Positions 63,546 to 64,000 of a DNA stretch of 64,000 bases are shown piece after piece; the first letter of the stretch is position 1; the number at the start of each line of letters is the position of its first letter. The stretch is from Octopus bimaculoides. Its lineage: Eukaryota. The DNA lies in the NCBI RefSeq assembly GCF_001194135.2, contig NC_068992.1, forward strand, positions 23,657,914 through 23,721,913, given 5' to 3'. The position numbers and the translations under genes were made by a program. Under the pieces are notes generated by a model, which saw only the letters and a program-made list of their open reading frames with translations, did no database searches and was not told where the DNA came from.

Positions 63546-63961
63546 ACCTGTAATAAAAGCTAATATTTTCAAAATCTAAATATTATATTTGAAATTTTAT
63601 CCTTAGCTGGAATATCATATGTAAAAGCTTCCTTGTTCTCTACTTTACTAGATGTAATAACTTGTCCTGGACTTTTCCAAGTGTAATAACTTGTCCTGTT
63701 ATTTTCTAAGTTTATAATCTTAAGAATATTGTTTCTCTTGCTCTCAGTTTTCCATGTAATAGAAAGAAGTGACACTTATAGAATATAGACACTTACTATG
63801 ACACACAATATAGAAAGAAGTGTAAAACCGATAACTGTATAATCCAACCAAAATAGCTCAGTTACGGAAACGTAAACAGAATTACGATCTTAAATTAAAA
63901 TAGATCGTACATATTCAAAGAAATTTCTTGGCTTAGTGAGACGGAACGTTATTCTGGAATT

Positions 63962-64000
63962 CTTTTACTTGTTTCAGTTATTTCACTGTGGCCATGTTGG
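63962..64000 (-). mobile_element. SINE family C 3' tail, cut by the window edge
   Basis: TCTTTTACTTGTTTCAGTTATTTCACTGTGGCCATGTTGG matches 49846-49885. Confidence 0.7.

Overview
AT-rich eukaryotic genomic DNA. About 4.4 kb (roughly 7%) is N gap, in 18 gaps that mostly abut (AT)n/(AC)n/(AAT)n microsatellites, as expected of a short-read assembly. The repeat families resemble those I recall from octopod cephalopods (Octopus-like); this taxon call is an inference. No host protein-coding gene can be called with confidence, and the window reads as intergenic or intronic, transposon-dense sequence. It holds three tRNA-headed SINE families in many copies, several Dong/R4-type LINE fragments tied to (AAT)n tracts, Tx1/L1 and CR1-type LINE fragments, and a decayed BEL/Pao LTR element. 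It also holds a Penelope GIY-YIG remnant, a mariner DD34D transposase relic, a pogo/Tigger relic and a deleted Tc1/mariner derivative with TIRs. The most interesting signal is a five-copy fold-back element. Each arm is a tRNA-like Pol III head, an (AAT)n spacer and a Penelope-type tail carrying a minimal type I hammerhead ribozyme fold (best copy 47251-47295: GACAC-CUGAUGA-A-GGCUG/CAGCC-GAA-ACGU-U|GUGUU). Three copies have 9-12 bp flanking direct repeats, one complete end and one end truncated in the same motif. Two unrelated hammerhead-like variants with altered cores lie at about 33.0 and 49.8 kb. All structures were folded by eye and none were searched against databases.
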